Below, in pieces: positions 12,983 through 27,413 of a DNA stretch of 64,000 nucleotides (the first letter of the stretch is position 1; each line of letters opens with the position of its first letter). A program made the position numbers and the translations under genes. Origin of the DNA: Bigelowiella natans CCMP2755 (lineage: Eukaryota; Protista; Cercozoa); the NCBI GenBank assembly GCA_000320545.1, contig ADNK01002094.1:58878-122877 (forward strand), in the 5' to 3' direction. Below the pieces are notes generated by a model, which did no database searches, was not told the DNA's origin, and saw only the letters and a program-made list of their open reading frames with translations.

Positions 12983-14654
12983 CTTTGTGTCAGGATGAGA
13001 ACTACTGCTTTCGATTGCACAAAGATAGGGTGTATTACGCTTCAGAGAAACTCGTTCGAAAAGCTCAGAGTGTACCAAGGGTAGTGTTAGAGTATAGAAT
13101 AGCATTGTATATATGGTAATGAACATGGTGAGCGATGAGGATCGGGGGGGGGTGAGTTGTGTGCCGAAGGTATAATAAAGTAGTAAATAATATTTAGTGA
13201 GATGAAGCGATACCTGTCCATACTTATCTTATCACTAGAAAACATTTTAACTGCTTATTTTCCTTATCAGGAAAACCTTGGCTGCCTCGGTACTTGCTTT
13301 GGTAAATTTACCAAATCGAAGAAGTTCAGATTAGAGGTGTATTTATTTTTAAACAACATACATGATAAGTGCATAAGAATAAATATAGTAGTAGCATACA
13401 GCGTTATATTGCACTGCGCTATGTCATTCTCCTCCTTCATCGGACTAACCAATATTTTTTGTAAAAATTGACCGAAAATCGCCATTAACACCATAATTAT
13501 CATCCATCATCATCATCATCATCATCATCGTCGTGTAAATCTTTCAACTATTTATCATCATTTAGATTACATGCTTGGAATATTTGGCGAGATTTGCTTT
13601 GTACAAGATTTGGATAAAACCGGCGGGTAGTTTAGTTGAATGATGATTGAATCTTAGCAGCAGCATAGTGATCATTCACTGGTACGTGATGAATGGATGA
13701 TCACGATAGTAACAACATGTGAACCACCCTAATCCTACTACATTTGTCACGTAGTACCAGTGAATGATGATCACGATAGCAGCACCCTAATCCTACTAAA
13801 TTTGTCACGTAGTACCAGTGAATGATGATCACGATAGAAGCAACATGTGAACCACCCTAACCCTACTACTACTACATTTGTAAGAACGTAGTTTACATAG
13901 CCAGCCGCAATGCTGTTTTCGATTAATTTAAGAACAACAACATCTACCAAATAAGCCCATCATGTGTTTTCGGAAGCAGGAGCATCGATACATACAAAAT
14001 TTGGATAACATTGAGATAAGATTTGTGGATGGTGTGTGTATACTGCCAAAATATTTCATGGAGACAATACTACAATTTTTGTTAAGATTTACTAATGATT
14101 GTGTTATTAGGTGTCATGTCGTATTTGTATGGAAATCATGTCCTCAAAGCCCATCTTGGACGAATAACTGAAAACACGCCTAAGTACCTTTAGACATTTT
14201 CCTCCTCCTCAGACATCTTCCACATACATACTTACATACATACATACGTGCCTACTACTATCTTTCACATACATACATACATACATACATACATACGTGC
14301 CTACTACTTCTCTTTGGGTAGAGAAACAGATAGCAAGGTGGTATAATAATATTCCTCTCAAATGGTCATGTTTATTTAGACATCAAGGTGTGATATTTCT
14401 CTCAATGAGTGATGTTCCGTTGGGATTTGGAGTTGCTGCATATTCTACGAAGGAATGCCGAAAACTCGAGGTGATAATTAATATACAAGACAAATCAAAT
14501 CTACAGCATCATCATCATTATCATCATCAATCATATTCGTATTCTACATTCATATTGTCATCATGCATCTTATCCACATTGCAGTGTCATCTATACGATT
14601 AATTATAAACACTGATAAACAGCATGTAAACACACACACACACACACACACACA

Positions 14655-14705
<51 letters not shown>

Positions 14706-14880
14706 GTGTGTGTGTGTGTGTGTGTACATATATTTGACCAAATGATATTCGATGAATGGCCCTTGTCCGTATTTATTTGTATTTCATTTCTAGGGAACAG
14801 CAATTGTGGCGTTTCATCAGGCCGATGTTGGCCAGTATCTAAGAAATGAAGACGACCTAGCAGCGTACTCTAGCGGCTAG
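12793..14880 (+). CDS. NIP7: 60S ribosome subunit biogenesis protein NIP7, multi-exon
   Basis: Exons read [21 protein letters not shown].., [75 protein letters not shown] and [17 protein letters not shown]. Confidence 0.96.
13690..13880. repeat. Intronic minisatellite, about 3 imperfect 60-70 bp units
   Basis: Repeated gatcacgatag...caccctaatcctacta...tttgtcacgtagtaccagtgaatgat. Confidence 0.75.
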
Positions 14881-14989
14881 CATAGTAATATTAGAAGTAT
14901 TATATCTATTGTAATGTAAAGCAAAATATATTATATACATATATATTGAATGATCAATTGATTCTAGTGCGATAAAAAGCTTTGCAGCA

Positions 14990-15620
14990 ATCCCGATGTT
15001 GACAATATGAGTGGTGGTAACATAGTCAGAGCTAGAGAGGGAACCTCTTAGATGATTGGCTGTTCTCTGATAACACGCTACGCTGCCACTGGTACGAGCG
15101 GCAATAGCGTCATGCTAGCATGGTGATTCGCGCGACAGCAGCCAATATCTAGATGTGTTCATAGTTGTGCATGCATCGTACTTGCTATAGCGCACACATA
15201 GCGCCCCATCTAGTTATCTAGTTATGCCTAACGATACCTAAATCTGGAGATGTCTTTGCTAGCTAGCATGTAAGTCCGCGGACAAACATGGAGAGGCATC
15301 AGACGACGTAGGCTATATTAGCTTTTGACACTGATTAGTGCATGTTGCCTTGTCTTTTCTAGTTATTCATTGTGCTTCGAACGCAAAGCGAACATCGGAC
15401 GATACATACCTACACCTAGCACCTAGCTACCTCTAGACATACGACTGTGTGTGTTGTATATTTTTGAAACTTTCTAAAACGTGTACATGAGCTGTGTGGT
15501 TATCACATCTCTGATATGTGCTCGCTGGGCCGAGCTATTACCTAATAAGCGGTGCCGGTTAAGCTACGTGCAGGCTCTGCTCTACCTTCTGCGTGGAGGC
15601 GGGTTTGCAATGTGCTTTGG
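14990..15620. repeat. Island 2: CTAG-rich degenerate sequence between convergent genes
   Basis: NNNN-CTAG-NNNN at 15028, 15111 and 15214, and many other CTAG sites. TpA is only mildly depleted here. Confidence 0.55.
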
Positions 15621-15639
15621 AGAATCCACACGCACATAT

Positions 15640-17159
15640 ACATCTTTAACTGAGCGAGTGTTATTATGGAATCAGTTGCAGTACATCTGATGCGTAAATT
15701 AGAAATAAGATGGCTTTTACGTTTTTCGCCAAGAATCCGAACTCTATATGGGGATCCTTGCTCCCATATTGCAATGATCATTCCCTAAATACCGAGCTAT
15801 ATTAGATATATTGATAACTATAAGAAAATTTTCCACTTACTTCCATCCATGATTTGGTCTCCGGCACATAAACGTTAACCTTGGATCCAAGCTTGAACCT
15901 CAACGGCAGGTCATAGGACTAGAACATATTCATTTAAAGAAATAACATGGCAATCATTTCTGGTGCAAATCGCAACCTTAACAATTCGGTCTATTCGAGC
16001 TTGACGATTTTTGGACGCCCGCACAAGTGCCTATATATATATGATGATGTAATGCCGTACTGCATATAGGTGTGCGTACACCTTTGTTAACTTGAGTAGG
16101 CGTTCTACTCTTGCAGGAACCATCCCTGGATGCAATTCACGTTTTAACTGTGCAGAAGTAGTGAGATTACTGTCAATTACCATAATCACTTAGATTGATG
16201 ACTCACCTTCTTTCTCAGCTCTTCCTGACCTATTTTGAGTTCATCAGTATCTCTAGGCAAATTTAAACCCTACGTAGCATTTACATGGAACATATCTTTG
16301 GAAAGCAAGTGAAAAATACTAATGAGTTTACCTTCAAAAGATCCATTTGCATATTAGCAGATATGACACCTTTAGAAAGAGTAAAAGGTTAAGCCGGTTT
16401 GCTGGCGCGCTTTTGAAAATTACATGCTTCAATGCTCTGTCTTCTGTATTCACGAAGAAGATTACGACGTTCCCTAAAATATGTAGTTGAATTATTTGAA
16501 GATAAAAATCTTTGCTAAGTGCTCAAACTTGAAGTCGTTGAGAAATTCGCCGACTGTTTGACTAACTTCCTTGTATTTCTCCCGCCATAGAAAGGGAGAA
16601 GCATTCTCTTTGGCATATCTACAATGACACATCGATATTGCTTTTAATTACATGAATTGAAACAAAAAGAACCGTTTCGCCTGTTGAAGATGAGAGTTAA
16701 ATTGAGCAAAACTCAGGTATGGGATTTTTCCCAGTGCTTCCAAAGTCTGCCATAATACAGAATGCTTCATAATATGCCATGTTATTAACAGTAAGCGTTG
16801 TACTTTGAGCTTCATGTACTCAGCTCTTGTGTACATTCTTGCGTTGTTCCGGTTCCATCTTCCTAAACTTCTTTCCAGTGACACTGCATACTCTGGAAGT
16901 CCTAGGAATGACAGGCTATGACGAAGGAAAATCATTTTTTCAGAGAAGTACGGTTGATACACGGACCTTCATCCTCTTTCAAATTCATATTTCCAACTAG
17001 GGAATGCGATAGAATGGGAGCTGGCTGCGGTTGTGCTTGAGGCATCATGGTGGAATCTGTCAGGGTGCTCTTGTTATCATCCTGTAAATTTCAAATTTGT
17101 ATTCTCACTAGAGATACATTGTACACACATGTGCTCATGCATATACAACTAAAATTATT

Positions 17160-17200
<41 letters not shown>

Positions 17201-20200
17201 TTTATATATACCTCTTGCAGAGAGTGAATGGCTGCACGAATATCCTGAAGATATGAAGTATGTAAAGCAACATAGGATTATCATCCATTAGCATTGACCC
17301 CTTCCGATGTGATAAGAGCAGCTGCTGCTTGTGAGGCTGAGTATCCTACAAAACGAATGGTGCAAATTAGGCTTAATTGTAACGGGGAGTGCTTCATTAT
17401 TAAGGACCGAGAGCCTGTAGCAAGTTCAAACTAATTTTGTCCACAAGCTCGTTTCCTCGTGATTGGAAATTGCAGAGTAAACCATCCGTCCACAGTTTTA
17501 GTAACGTTAAGCTTTTTACTACTACCCTTGTTTCTCATCTGCTTTGCATAGTCATTAGGGTCGAAGATTTTATTTGGAAGATTTATGAAGAGCTCGAAGC
17601 CATCGGGATCATCCTAATATTTATTCACAGCTTTTTCAAATAATCGAGTATGAATTTCTGAAGAAAGCTAATGTTACTTACCGAACTCCAAGAAATGTCA
17701 GGGGCTGACTTTACTCTCGAGGCTCGAAGTCCACGTGTATTTTCACCTAAACCACAAAAAATGAAACTCGTATATTTCCAAACTAAATTATCCCAAGGCA
17801 GTGTCCACACCACAATCGTAAAGGCAATGCTCCAGTGGATGATCCACACTTGTACTTGATGCATGCATATGCTGAACGCAGACCAATCGAGAGAGAACCT
17901 CTGCGTGGCATCCATTGAAAATTAGATTAAAATATTTAACATAATACAACAGCAATTAGATCATATTACCTTTTGGTGCCTCCCATGCATTTGTAACATC
18001 TTTAATTGTAGCTGGATTCCCCGCGGCGGTTAGATTGAGACTTCGACCTGGACGATCATAAGGAAAGTTACGATTGGTATGATTATACATGTGATTCGAA
18101 CCAACCGGCTCCCAACCGTTCTAGTGGGTATGCAAGAGGCCGTGATGTTGCCCAAAATGTCTTCGGGTGATTCGGATCCCTTATGTGTACACTAGTAGCA
18201 GCTGCCGCAAGGGTTGGTACCTGAGTATTGCAACACATGCGTAGACCTATTTAATTTAGTTTGGATGCCAAATGCGCCAATTTAGATGTTTCCGTTGACC
18301 ACGTAATATGGCACATCAAAATGTCCACGGGAAGAAGAGGCTACTGGAGTTGATTCTTGAGACTTAGAGGATAGAATGTTTAGGTGATGTCCAGTAGAAT
18401 TCTTTGAAGCTGAATTTGAATTTTTGGAAGCAGAAGTCTTGGATGCCTCACTTTTTACATCATCAGAGAACGCATGTTTCGGTACATCCCTCTCGTCTGC
18501 ATCATTTGGGTTGTAGTGGAATAACCGAACAAATGTTTCTCCCTAATGACACGTAAATATTTATACATTTTGTTGATCGATATCATATTATTGCAAATTG
18601 CAAATATGCTCTGTGCTCATAGAGGGAAAATACCTTGAGGATAATGTGAGGGAATGTCTGGACAGTTTGATAAGATGCACTTAAAGCACGTCCCGTCTAT
18701 ATCAACGATGAACCATTAGTATTTACTCTAAAACGAGTAACGTTTGTGATGTAGTTACAGAGTCAAATCTGGAGTTGCTGCCATTATCAGGGGAGAGTAA
18801 GCTCGCTACCGTCGCCATTTTCTGCACGAATAGAAGAAGCCAAGTATAAATTACATGATGGAAAGATTAATCGGAGATATATACCTCCTGGTGGTCTTTC
18901 CAACTTTCGACATTTCTTTCTTGCATTGCAGATTCCTCAGCCAAACGCTAGAAGAATAAAATAAGTTTGCATTCTTTATTAATTGTAACTTGCCTTACCT
19001 TCTTCTTTTCTTCCATGGCCTTTTGCTCCAATTCTATCATCCTACAAAGTTTAGGATTAATGGGAATGGATGGGAATGGTGTAACAGATCTTCTTATTTA
19101 TTAGTTTATTAGAATACTGTCACATACTTCTTTTGGTTTGCCAACTTCTCCTTTTCCTCTCGAATCTTCTTACGTTCCAGTTCGACCTGAAGTATTGATA
19201 CACAGCCTAAAATCGACTTGATTTCCATGTAATACATAACCCTACTTTTTTCGCTTCTTTGACTAATTTTGTCAATGCCTCTTTGTGCCTCTCTTCACGC
19301 TGCTCTGTCTCCTCCTACATTTAGATGTTGTCATATTTCCTAAATGTAATAATTTTTTGTAAGTAATGCACATACCCGCATCTGCTCAACGATTTTTTTG
19401 CTCCTCTCAACCTTTATCAATTCAATATCACAAAAGAAATAACAAGTGAATTCAACGAGCGTCGAACCGCATCTGCTTCATTTAAAATTCTTTTTCTCTC
19501 GTCCTCAAGTCGGTCTTCCTCCTTAGAGTCAGTGTTAAAATATCTATCATGATAATTTGCTTCGTGGAGCAACTCGCAGAAAACTATGGATTAAAGATGC
19601 ACTAACCTCCCTTTTACGATCAATTTCACTCGAGTCTTCATCATTCAGAATACGAGCAACTCCCAACATCTTGTTCATCAAAAGGGGTGAATCAAATACA
19701 AAAATCTTGCGATGGCTTCGAACAACTTGTCTATGAACCTTCTCGATTTCGTCCAATGTGTTTTCAAGGAAAGATGTACTTCCCGTATAAGGGCGATCGT
19801 CGTTACTAGATTTCATTTCATTGTCTAGCGGCTGCGAATTTCTCTCTGCATATTTTTCTTCAAGAGCTGTGAGGAATTGCGCCTTACTAATCCTGTCATC
19901 CACGATTTGACCCCCTATTTAACATGGTAATCGTATCAACGAGGAAAAACAACATCTATAACACCTACAACCTTACGCACCTTGAATATTTGCAATAACC
20001 TTTTGAATGACCTTCGGGAATTCGTGATAAAACACGAATCCGTCCCTGAATAATACTTTACGTCGAACACTCGTTTTATTTCATGTGAAACTGGTTAATA
20101 ATTACGCATTTTGGTCTAAATTGTCAAATAGCCTCATTGCACGTCTTTTGGTAGCTTCAGGAAGAAGATATTTACTCCTTTCCCCCCTCAGAGCTGTCTT

Positions 20201-22430
20201 GCTATCAGCAGATCGAATGGATTTGATTGACCTCATCGACTGATAATGACAGTCAGGCAAGTAAATATGCAGTTAAGTATAATTAATCGAAAATCACTAG
20301 TATTAAAGTTATGCCAAGCACATAAAAAGTTCGCAACTGGTGATTACCTCTTGGGGAACTAGACTCCGAGGGACTTTACTATAATGTGAGTTAGTGACAG
20401 AATATCTACATTCAAGAAACATAATGTCAAACAATTTCCATTGCTGCAGTTCCTATTTTTAAGTACGAGGTTGCGGTCCGTAAGTTGAAAGCAGGGATAG
20501 GAAGCTGCGGAGAAGGAGAGTCAAATGGACCTCCGGGTATTACTTCCAATTTATACTGATAAATAGGCACGTCTGATTTAATTTCTAAGGAATTTTTAAA
20601 CTGAATCTACCTTTTCGTCAGCAACAGCGTCCTTTTGAAAGGTGAATCCTCCCTTGTATCTTGGACTCTCACGATATCGTAAAGGACCTTTAACAACTAA
20701 TGTGAATAACACAGCAACATACTGTATACTAGATCTACCTCCCTTGGGCGTCGAAGACACTATGGTCGAGTTCCTGGGTTATGGAGTATTATTTGCTACT
20801 TGAATTTATGTAATTAGTTGAAAATAATTACAACGTAGATGATTCCGGCGAAGAAGGTTCTTCTCTGGGTACATGAACTTTTGATAGGCTTACATTATCA
20901 TCGAAAGGGTTCCTAGCAGCAGCTCGACAAATTATTTTAAATTGGTAATACAAAATGCAATGAAATCTCACTTTGCAGTGATGGCCCTTGCGCGAGGGGA
21001 TAGTTTCTAGAAACAATCACAGACAGTCATTTTATTTTAGCATGGAAGTAACTCTGTTTCGCACCTGTACATCTCGGATTTTGACATTGATAACCTATCA
21101 ATGGGAATTATTTTAGGTCGTTAAATAATCATCAATCGGTAAGATGTACGCAGAGCTTTATTTATAAACAACTTCTTCCAATAATTTAAACCTTATTGTC
21201 ATCCTCGAGCTTGACCTTAACCCAATGAGTACCGTCTTCTCCCAACCAAATTTTCCCGACTCTGCCAATCTAGAATGTGTACTTCAATGAATGCTAAGAT
21301 ATATTCATAATGTTTCATTTACTTTCCCTTTTGCCTGCCCAAGAGCTGGAGTATAACCCAAAACCACACGAGAATTTTCTTTGAGAGTCTTAGCTTTTGT
21401 CTAAATAATCATAATTTGCAGGAAGAGGATCGTTAGTTTTTGGAAACACAATTGGAGGCACTTGGGACTGCTCAAGTTTGCAATTTTTGCAATGTTTGAA
21501 GATACATATTTTGATATCACTTCGTCTAATTCCGCATTATTCTCTGCCATTTTCATCTGTGCCTGAGAATAGAAACATCTATGAGTGCAAGATATCAAAA
21601 TTCGTTTTAAGAAACCATGGTATCCTTAGTCTCTTCAATTCCCATTGTTGCAAGGGATAGAGATGGCAACCTATACACGATGAAATTCAAATGCAGAGGG
21701 GGGAAATTGGTACTATCAAAGATCACGATGCATTCATAAGCTTTTGAGCGAAGCTTTATTTTCTAACTACCTTGCTTCATAATGCAATATTTGGCCCCTT
21801 CCCTTTCGGCTTGCAAATTTGAAAGATTTCATAACAAAAATAGATGGTGAGTCTGTATCGTCCACATTCTTGCTTAAGGCCATCTCAATTTCGCTAATAT
21901 CTGGACTCTTCTCCATAGACCGAGCTTTCGTAGAATTGTCAGAATTTACAGTGACTTGTGTGTTGTCGGTGGCCTGGGTACTTACATCTGTTAATTTCAT
22001 GTTGTCGTTCCCTGCATCTCTTCCCATAGATTTAGTGTTGTACAGCATTGTTCCACTGGTTGCCACTAACGAAAGCGTATCATTTAAAAGATTAGTTAAT
22101 AAGTGTTACTGCTAAAAAAGATTGGGAGTCTGAATCCTGATTGGCTAAGACTTCCCTTCCAATACTGTGATCTATTTTCCCTTTACATTTACGTCTCAGT
22201 TCAACGTGCATTGAGACATAGAGATGGTCGGACGACATTTTTCTGATGTCACCTAATTTCTCATCGTAATTGAGACGCTCAAGCGAAGCAGATGATAAGT
22301 CCGGTAGTTGTTCATTCGAAGCAGTCATTACGGCTTTGTCGTCGTTGATGGAGTCAATAGTTTGAATAGTTTGTGCATGCCAGTTTTGTCTGACTACAGC
22401 ATTTTTTGGTTTAAAATGTGATGGTATCAA
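15640..22430 (-). CDS. Large hypothetical protein (or two genes) with many short introns: EF-hand-like motif, coiled coil, C-terminal SH3/Tudor-like segment
   Basis: Open exons at 22092-22430, 21767-22066 and 19547-19903. RLFDNLDQN|.DGFVFYHEF near 20000-20140 is EF-hand-like. E/K/R-rich exons at 18880-19520. The end reads LPLRFKLGSKVNVYVPETKSWME|GMIIAIWEQGSPYRVRI. The start is uncertain. Confidence 0.6.
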
Positions 22431-23468
22431 GGGTTATGGATTACATTTTCTTGCGGTGAGATTTACTCGGTCGCTATTTTAAGAGAATGCCAGTTGCGTT
22501 GTAGATGCAAATTTAGAGTGGCGACGTGGTGACATGGTGACATTGCTACTACATGTAGTGCTACCCTTGGAAATGTAAAAACGGGCATTGTGCAGCAACT
22601 GTGGTGGAGTCAGTCTGTGTACAGCAACATTAATGGTTTTTTCGCCTATCTGGCCGAGGCAAAGGGCACATGCGTCGCATGTAGTGTAGTGGCAGACTGC
22701 TAATCTGCTAATTTGCTGCAGGGTGCAGTACTAGTTCAACATAACTTCTTAACGAGAGAGAGAGGACAACTGAAAACTAATGATAAGTGTATCATGTTAC
22801 GTTGTCGCACAACAAAAACTCTATGTGTTATCACTATGATCTTCATTCGATATCCGATACCAAAATCTAATGTGAAGGACGTGTGCGACAACACTACCTA
22901 AAAAATAACGATCATCTTCTTGTTACACTACAGCAAAATATCTGGCGTCAGGTCACCATTCTTACAATGTTTTCCCAATTGTTGCTCCTCAATTTTCTGA
23001 CACCGTCATTGTTTCCATTATTATTGTTATCAATTATTCATTTTGTTTTAAAATCGACCAAGAAATATTGGATATCATGATCCAATCTGAGTATAATTGT
23101 AGTATCAAATATCTCCCAGAGGCAAGAAGAAGAAGACGAAGAAGAAGGAACACAAATCAAAAGGAGGAGGATGAGGAATGCCGTTACAAGTGTAGTATCG
23201 ATAGTGGTAAGTTAAACATGATTTTTGGAGGAGGGGCTCATTGTCATCCTCCCTTTCCCCCTCCTGTCCCATCAGCACGATGTCAAATAGAAGTACTCAT
23301 ATTTGGTACTCGTAGAGTGGAATGGGTTCCTATTAACTGTTTCGGACTCTTCGTAATGAGTTTTAGCTGCTCCGAAAATAATTAACGAGTTCTAGAGTGG
23401 GCAACATGATTTCACAAATCCTACTTCAAATCTCAGGGAAAGATATAGAAGTTGGCTTCCGGAGCAGC

Positions 23469-26400
23469 ATGGATCATAAAGATTCTGAAGAGAGGAACCA
23501 GCCATCAGAAGAAAAATCTCCTTCACAAGGAGAGAAAGGTCGGGTAAAATTTGAAATTTGCAAAACTGGATGAAGAAGACACTCGCTTACTACATCTATG
23601 AGTATATATTCAGCTTTCCCCAGGAGAAATTCATTTGGAACTCAAACATGCCTTAATATTGAGGATCCTGAAACTGAATATGCGTTATTATCTTTAGTCG
23701 CGACCAGTATCAAAGACGATGATACCGAAGGCAACGAGGTGCCAGGAGAGCAGAAACAAAGATCATCAGATCAACAGCCAATTGTGAGTGCAAACTCGGC
23801 AAATACTCCTCCTCCCCTTAGTGTTAACCACCATCTAAAACCGGTGAAGGACGCTATTATTAAAAAACAAAAGAAAATCACAGAAAATACCCAACAAGCA
23901 TTCAAGAAGGGACTCACAGTCGTCAAAGAGATCGACTCTGAACACAAGATTCTGGAAAGGGCCACTGATATCTTGAAGGAGGGAGCTCGAAAAGTGGGCG
24001 AAGTTGTAAACCCTACAGAGGAGATAGAAACTAAGGAGCTTGCAAAGGCAAGTAAGAAAGTTAAAAAATGGATTCAAAAAAATGATCAACTCAACAAGGT
24101 TGTAAAAGCTGTCAGTGATGGCACCAATGCCGTCGCTACAGCGTTTGAAGAGAAGCTCCTTGTTTCGGAAGAAGGAAAAGAGTTCATGGACAAAAGCAGG
24201 CAAATAGCAAAGGCAGGCAAGAAGATTCTGGAACAGAATGCAGAGAAACTTCTTCGTGCTGAAAAGAAACATAAAGTCTTGAAAACTGCAAAGAATTTCG
24301 TTCAAGATGGGTTGCTTCAAGTAGAGGAGGTAGAGATAATAATAATAATAGTCTTATTATTATTCGCATCAATGTGCTACCATGCACATGCCAAGACTAC
24401 TACTACTACTACTGCAGATTTTATTGAGGCTACTACCCAAAATCTTGAAAGAGAGGAACCACGAATACGCTACTAGTAGTATCATTCTCTTTTTCAAAGA
24501 TGATACTCGAACTCAAAGTTTTGCTTCTGAATTAGTGTAAAGTCAACATTCTCCCATGTTTCTTCCTGACGTATATACTTTTAGTTCATAGGTGACAAAA
24601 ATAAGAGGCGAATCAGTAACGCTATAGATGCAGGTAGTAGAGAAAATTATTACAAAGGGTAGGAATTATTGTGTTAAAGTGTGCATCATCAATTAGACTC
24701 CAATTGCATATAACATACTGCAACACGCTCTCAGGAAAACAAGCACTGTTTGAAGTGTCTCATGAATTGAATCTTGACCAAGTTGTCAACAAAGCAAAGG
24801 ATCAAGGCATCGACACTGTTGATGCTGCAAAGGATTTCATGGGTTCGCTGCTGTTGTTGTTGTTACTTCTATCTACTTCCACTCCTCGCTCACATCATAT
24901 CCAATAATACGAGTACTATTCGTTCATAACGAACGAGCTAATCATATCATACGCAGCAGCAACAACAACAACAACAACAACGACATTTAGAATTATACAG
25001 AGCTACTGTACAATAATATAGGTACCATGGGAAAGTTTCTTGAAGGAAAGGATGATGCAGGATTGAAAGATCTCCAGGTAATAATCGAGGCGAACGGTGA
25101 GATGAGCAAAGGGAATCAACACGTTTACATATGCGTGGTTGTGGTTGCGTTTGTGTGTGTGTGTGTTTGTGCGCGCGAGAGCGCCCTCTTATAGTCGTGG
25201 TGAATGTGATTTCATTAATTGAAGAGTTTTGAAGGTTGTGATTTGTATTCAGAACGCTCGGTCGAAGTTGATGGATAAACTGAACAACATTGGGCAAGAA
25301 GGCTTTAAGAGAATACAGCAGGGCAGCGCTCTCCGTAATATCTATGATGTTCGAACACGCATGGAAGATTAATTAAACTTAAAAGAGCACAATAATATAA
25401 ATAAAAAGAAATACCTCTTTTAACAACAGTCTCAACAAACTTCTAGGAACAATAGCATTGATGCAAAAAACTATAAATTCAACCCAAATTGAATCTTCAT
25501 CTCTCACCAATACTTCTGTGATTATAATACCTTCAAAATTTCATTTTTATTCTCATCATTCTGTGTTGCTGCTGCAAAAAGGCAATGTCTTGTTGGAGCG
25601 CTTGGACAACGTGAAAAAAAGTGTGCAAGATACGTTAAGTCGTGAGATTCAAGAAGGGGCTGTTGATGCATTGAAAATTGCTACGGACAACAACATGTCC
25701 ACAAGGGGACTTCCATGGGTAATAGTAAGTAGTAGAAGAATACTATCAATCTAGTAGAAGAAGAAGATAAATGGTAATGATTTGATGTTGGTTCTTCACC
25801 CATGTATCTTCTATTCGTCGATGACAATTTGTATGATAAACTCTATCTAAAATTCCAGTCAGTAAGTTCTGTTAACCATTTGTTGTTCTGCGGTGGTACA
25901 GTTGTGTCGTTAGCTCTCATATGATATATAATGATAAGGCTATTGGTGATGATACACTACATGATGAAATGTTTTCCTTTTGAAAAAGAAATGCTTTAAT
26001 ATGTATATGTCTATACATATGTGAGTGTTTGTGTGTGGTAAAATGTTGTAGGAATTAGCAGTACCGTGTACATTGGCTCCTCTGATGCTAAAGTCTTCCC
26101 AAGTGAGCTATCGGTGTACCCTCTACTTCTACGTCCCGCAAATATTCATCATAACAATGTTATTGATAGTTAACAGCGCAAATCCATGTTCATTTCAACT
26201 CAACGCTTACGCTGGTGCACGTATAGCAATGGATTCTGTGTTTGTAATATGCTCCGCCATACTAGACATGCGTCTTAATGCCTGGTATGAACTTAACAAT
26301 GGTTGGGAAGCTACTCCACAAACAGCACAAAGGTTACTATGGAAAGAGACTGTGGTCAATAATTTCGGTATCTCGGCTTTATCAACGGGCAAGGCTACTT

Positions 26401-27275
26401 TACTTTATTACGATTTAGAGTATGAGTCCTGCCTCAACCTATTTACGTCCTCCATCGTAGCACCAGGGGTTGCTGCCCTTAACATTGCTGGAATAGTTCT
26501 TTCCTTCCAATGGTATTGTGATGAATGTGACAAGGATTCGTTGTTCAACTACATTCTGCTATTGGCCGCTGTTTATACGGTCACACTGGCTTACCATTTG
26601 GGCAATATTTTGTTCCGTTCAATTTTGTTCTGTGCGTTCATTAATTGTTGTTGGTGCTGTAAACCTTGCATGAAGAGAACTGCACAATATATAGATTATG
26701 GCCTTCCAAATCCGGTATGTATGCTTCATGCATAAGAACGAAATAACACATAGTTTTCGATAAGTTATCAAGAATATTTTGAATTTCCGTCTTGTTTGTA
26801 TATCTCTTCCTTACTGTGCAGCATGATATCTATCATCAACTTCACTTTTATTTTGATGAGCAAATTATCTTCGTAGGTATTTCATTTTATGATGAAGCAC
26901 TTTGTGTTGCGAGAAAGTCTTGCCACTACGATCACAAAAAATAGAGAGATGCGGCGACGAGAGCGAATGCGTCTAAGAGCTAGAATAGACGATCTTCAAG
27001 CACAAATACTCCGGAAAAAGTCTGCACTGAAAGATTTGCACCGTTTAGATGTGAATGAGATAAAAGCTCGTCAAGCCATCAACAACGTAATTGGCCTCAC
27101 AGACAAGATATTCAGGACTGATGCCTATGGTAATGAAAAGAAGGGAGGCGGAGATCAGAAGGGAGTTTATCAACCATTGAGCCAACATGAAGCTAAGCAT
27201 GAATTAAAATCTGCAGCAACAAACAGGAAAGGAGAAAATAGTGGGATTGAGGCATTGCATACAGTCGATAAATGA
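23469..27275 (+). CDS. Hypothetical membrane protein: helical K/E-rich N-terminus, multi-TM Cys-rich segment, C-terminal coiled coil; multi-exon
   Basis: ATG gives MDHKDSEER. ORFs at 23598-24476, 26073-26735 (hydrophobic helices) and 26889-27275 are joined by GT-AG introns. Confidence 0.7.
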
Positions 27276-27289
27276 TCAAGATTTGAAAT

Positions 27290-27372
27290 GCTATGTGTGT
27301 GCAAGTACAAACTCACACAAATGCAGATGGCTAGATGGCTAGATGGTACGAGCGAGCATGCATGGAACAAGC

Positions 27373-27413
<41 letters not shown>

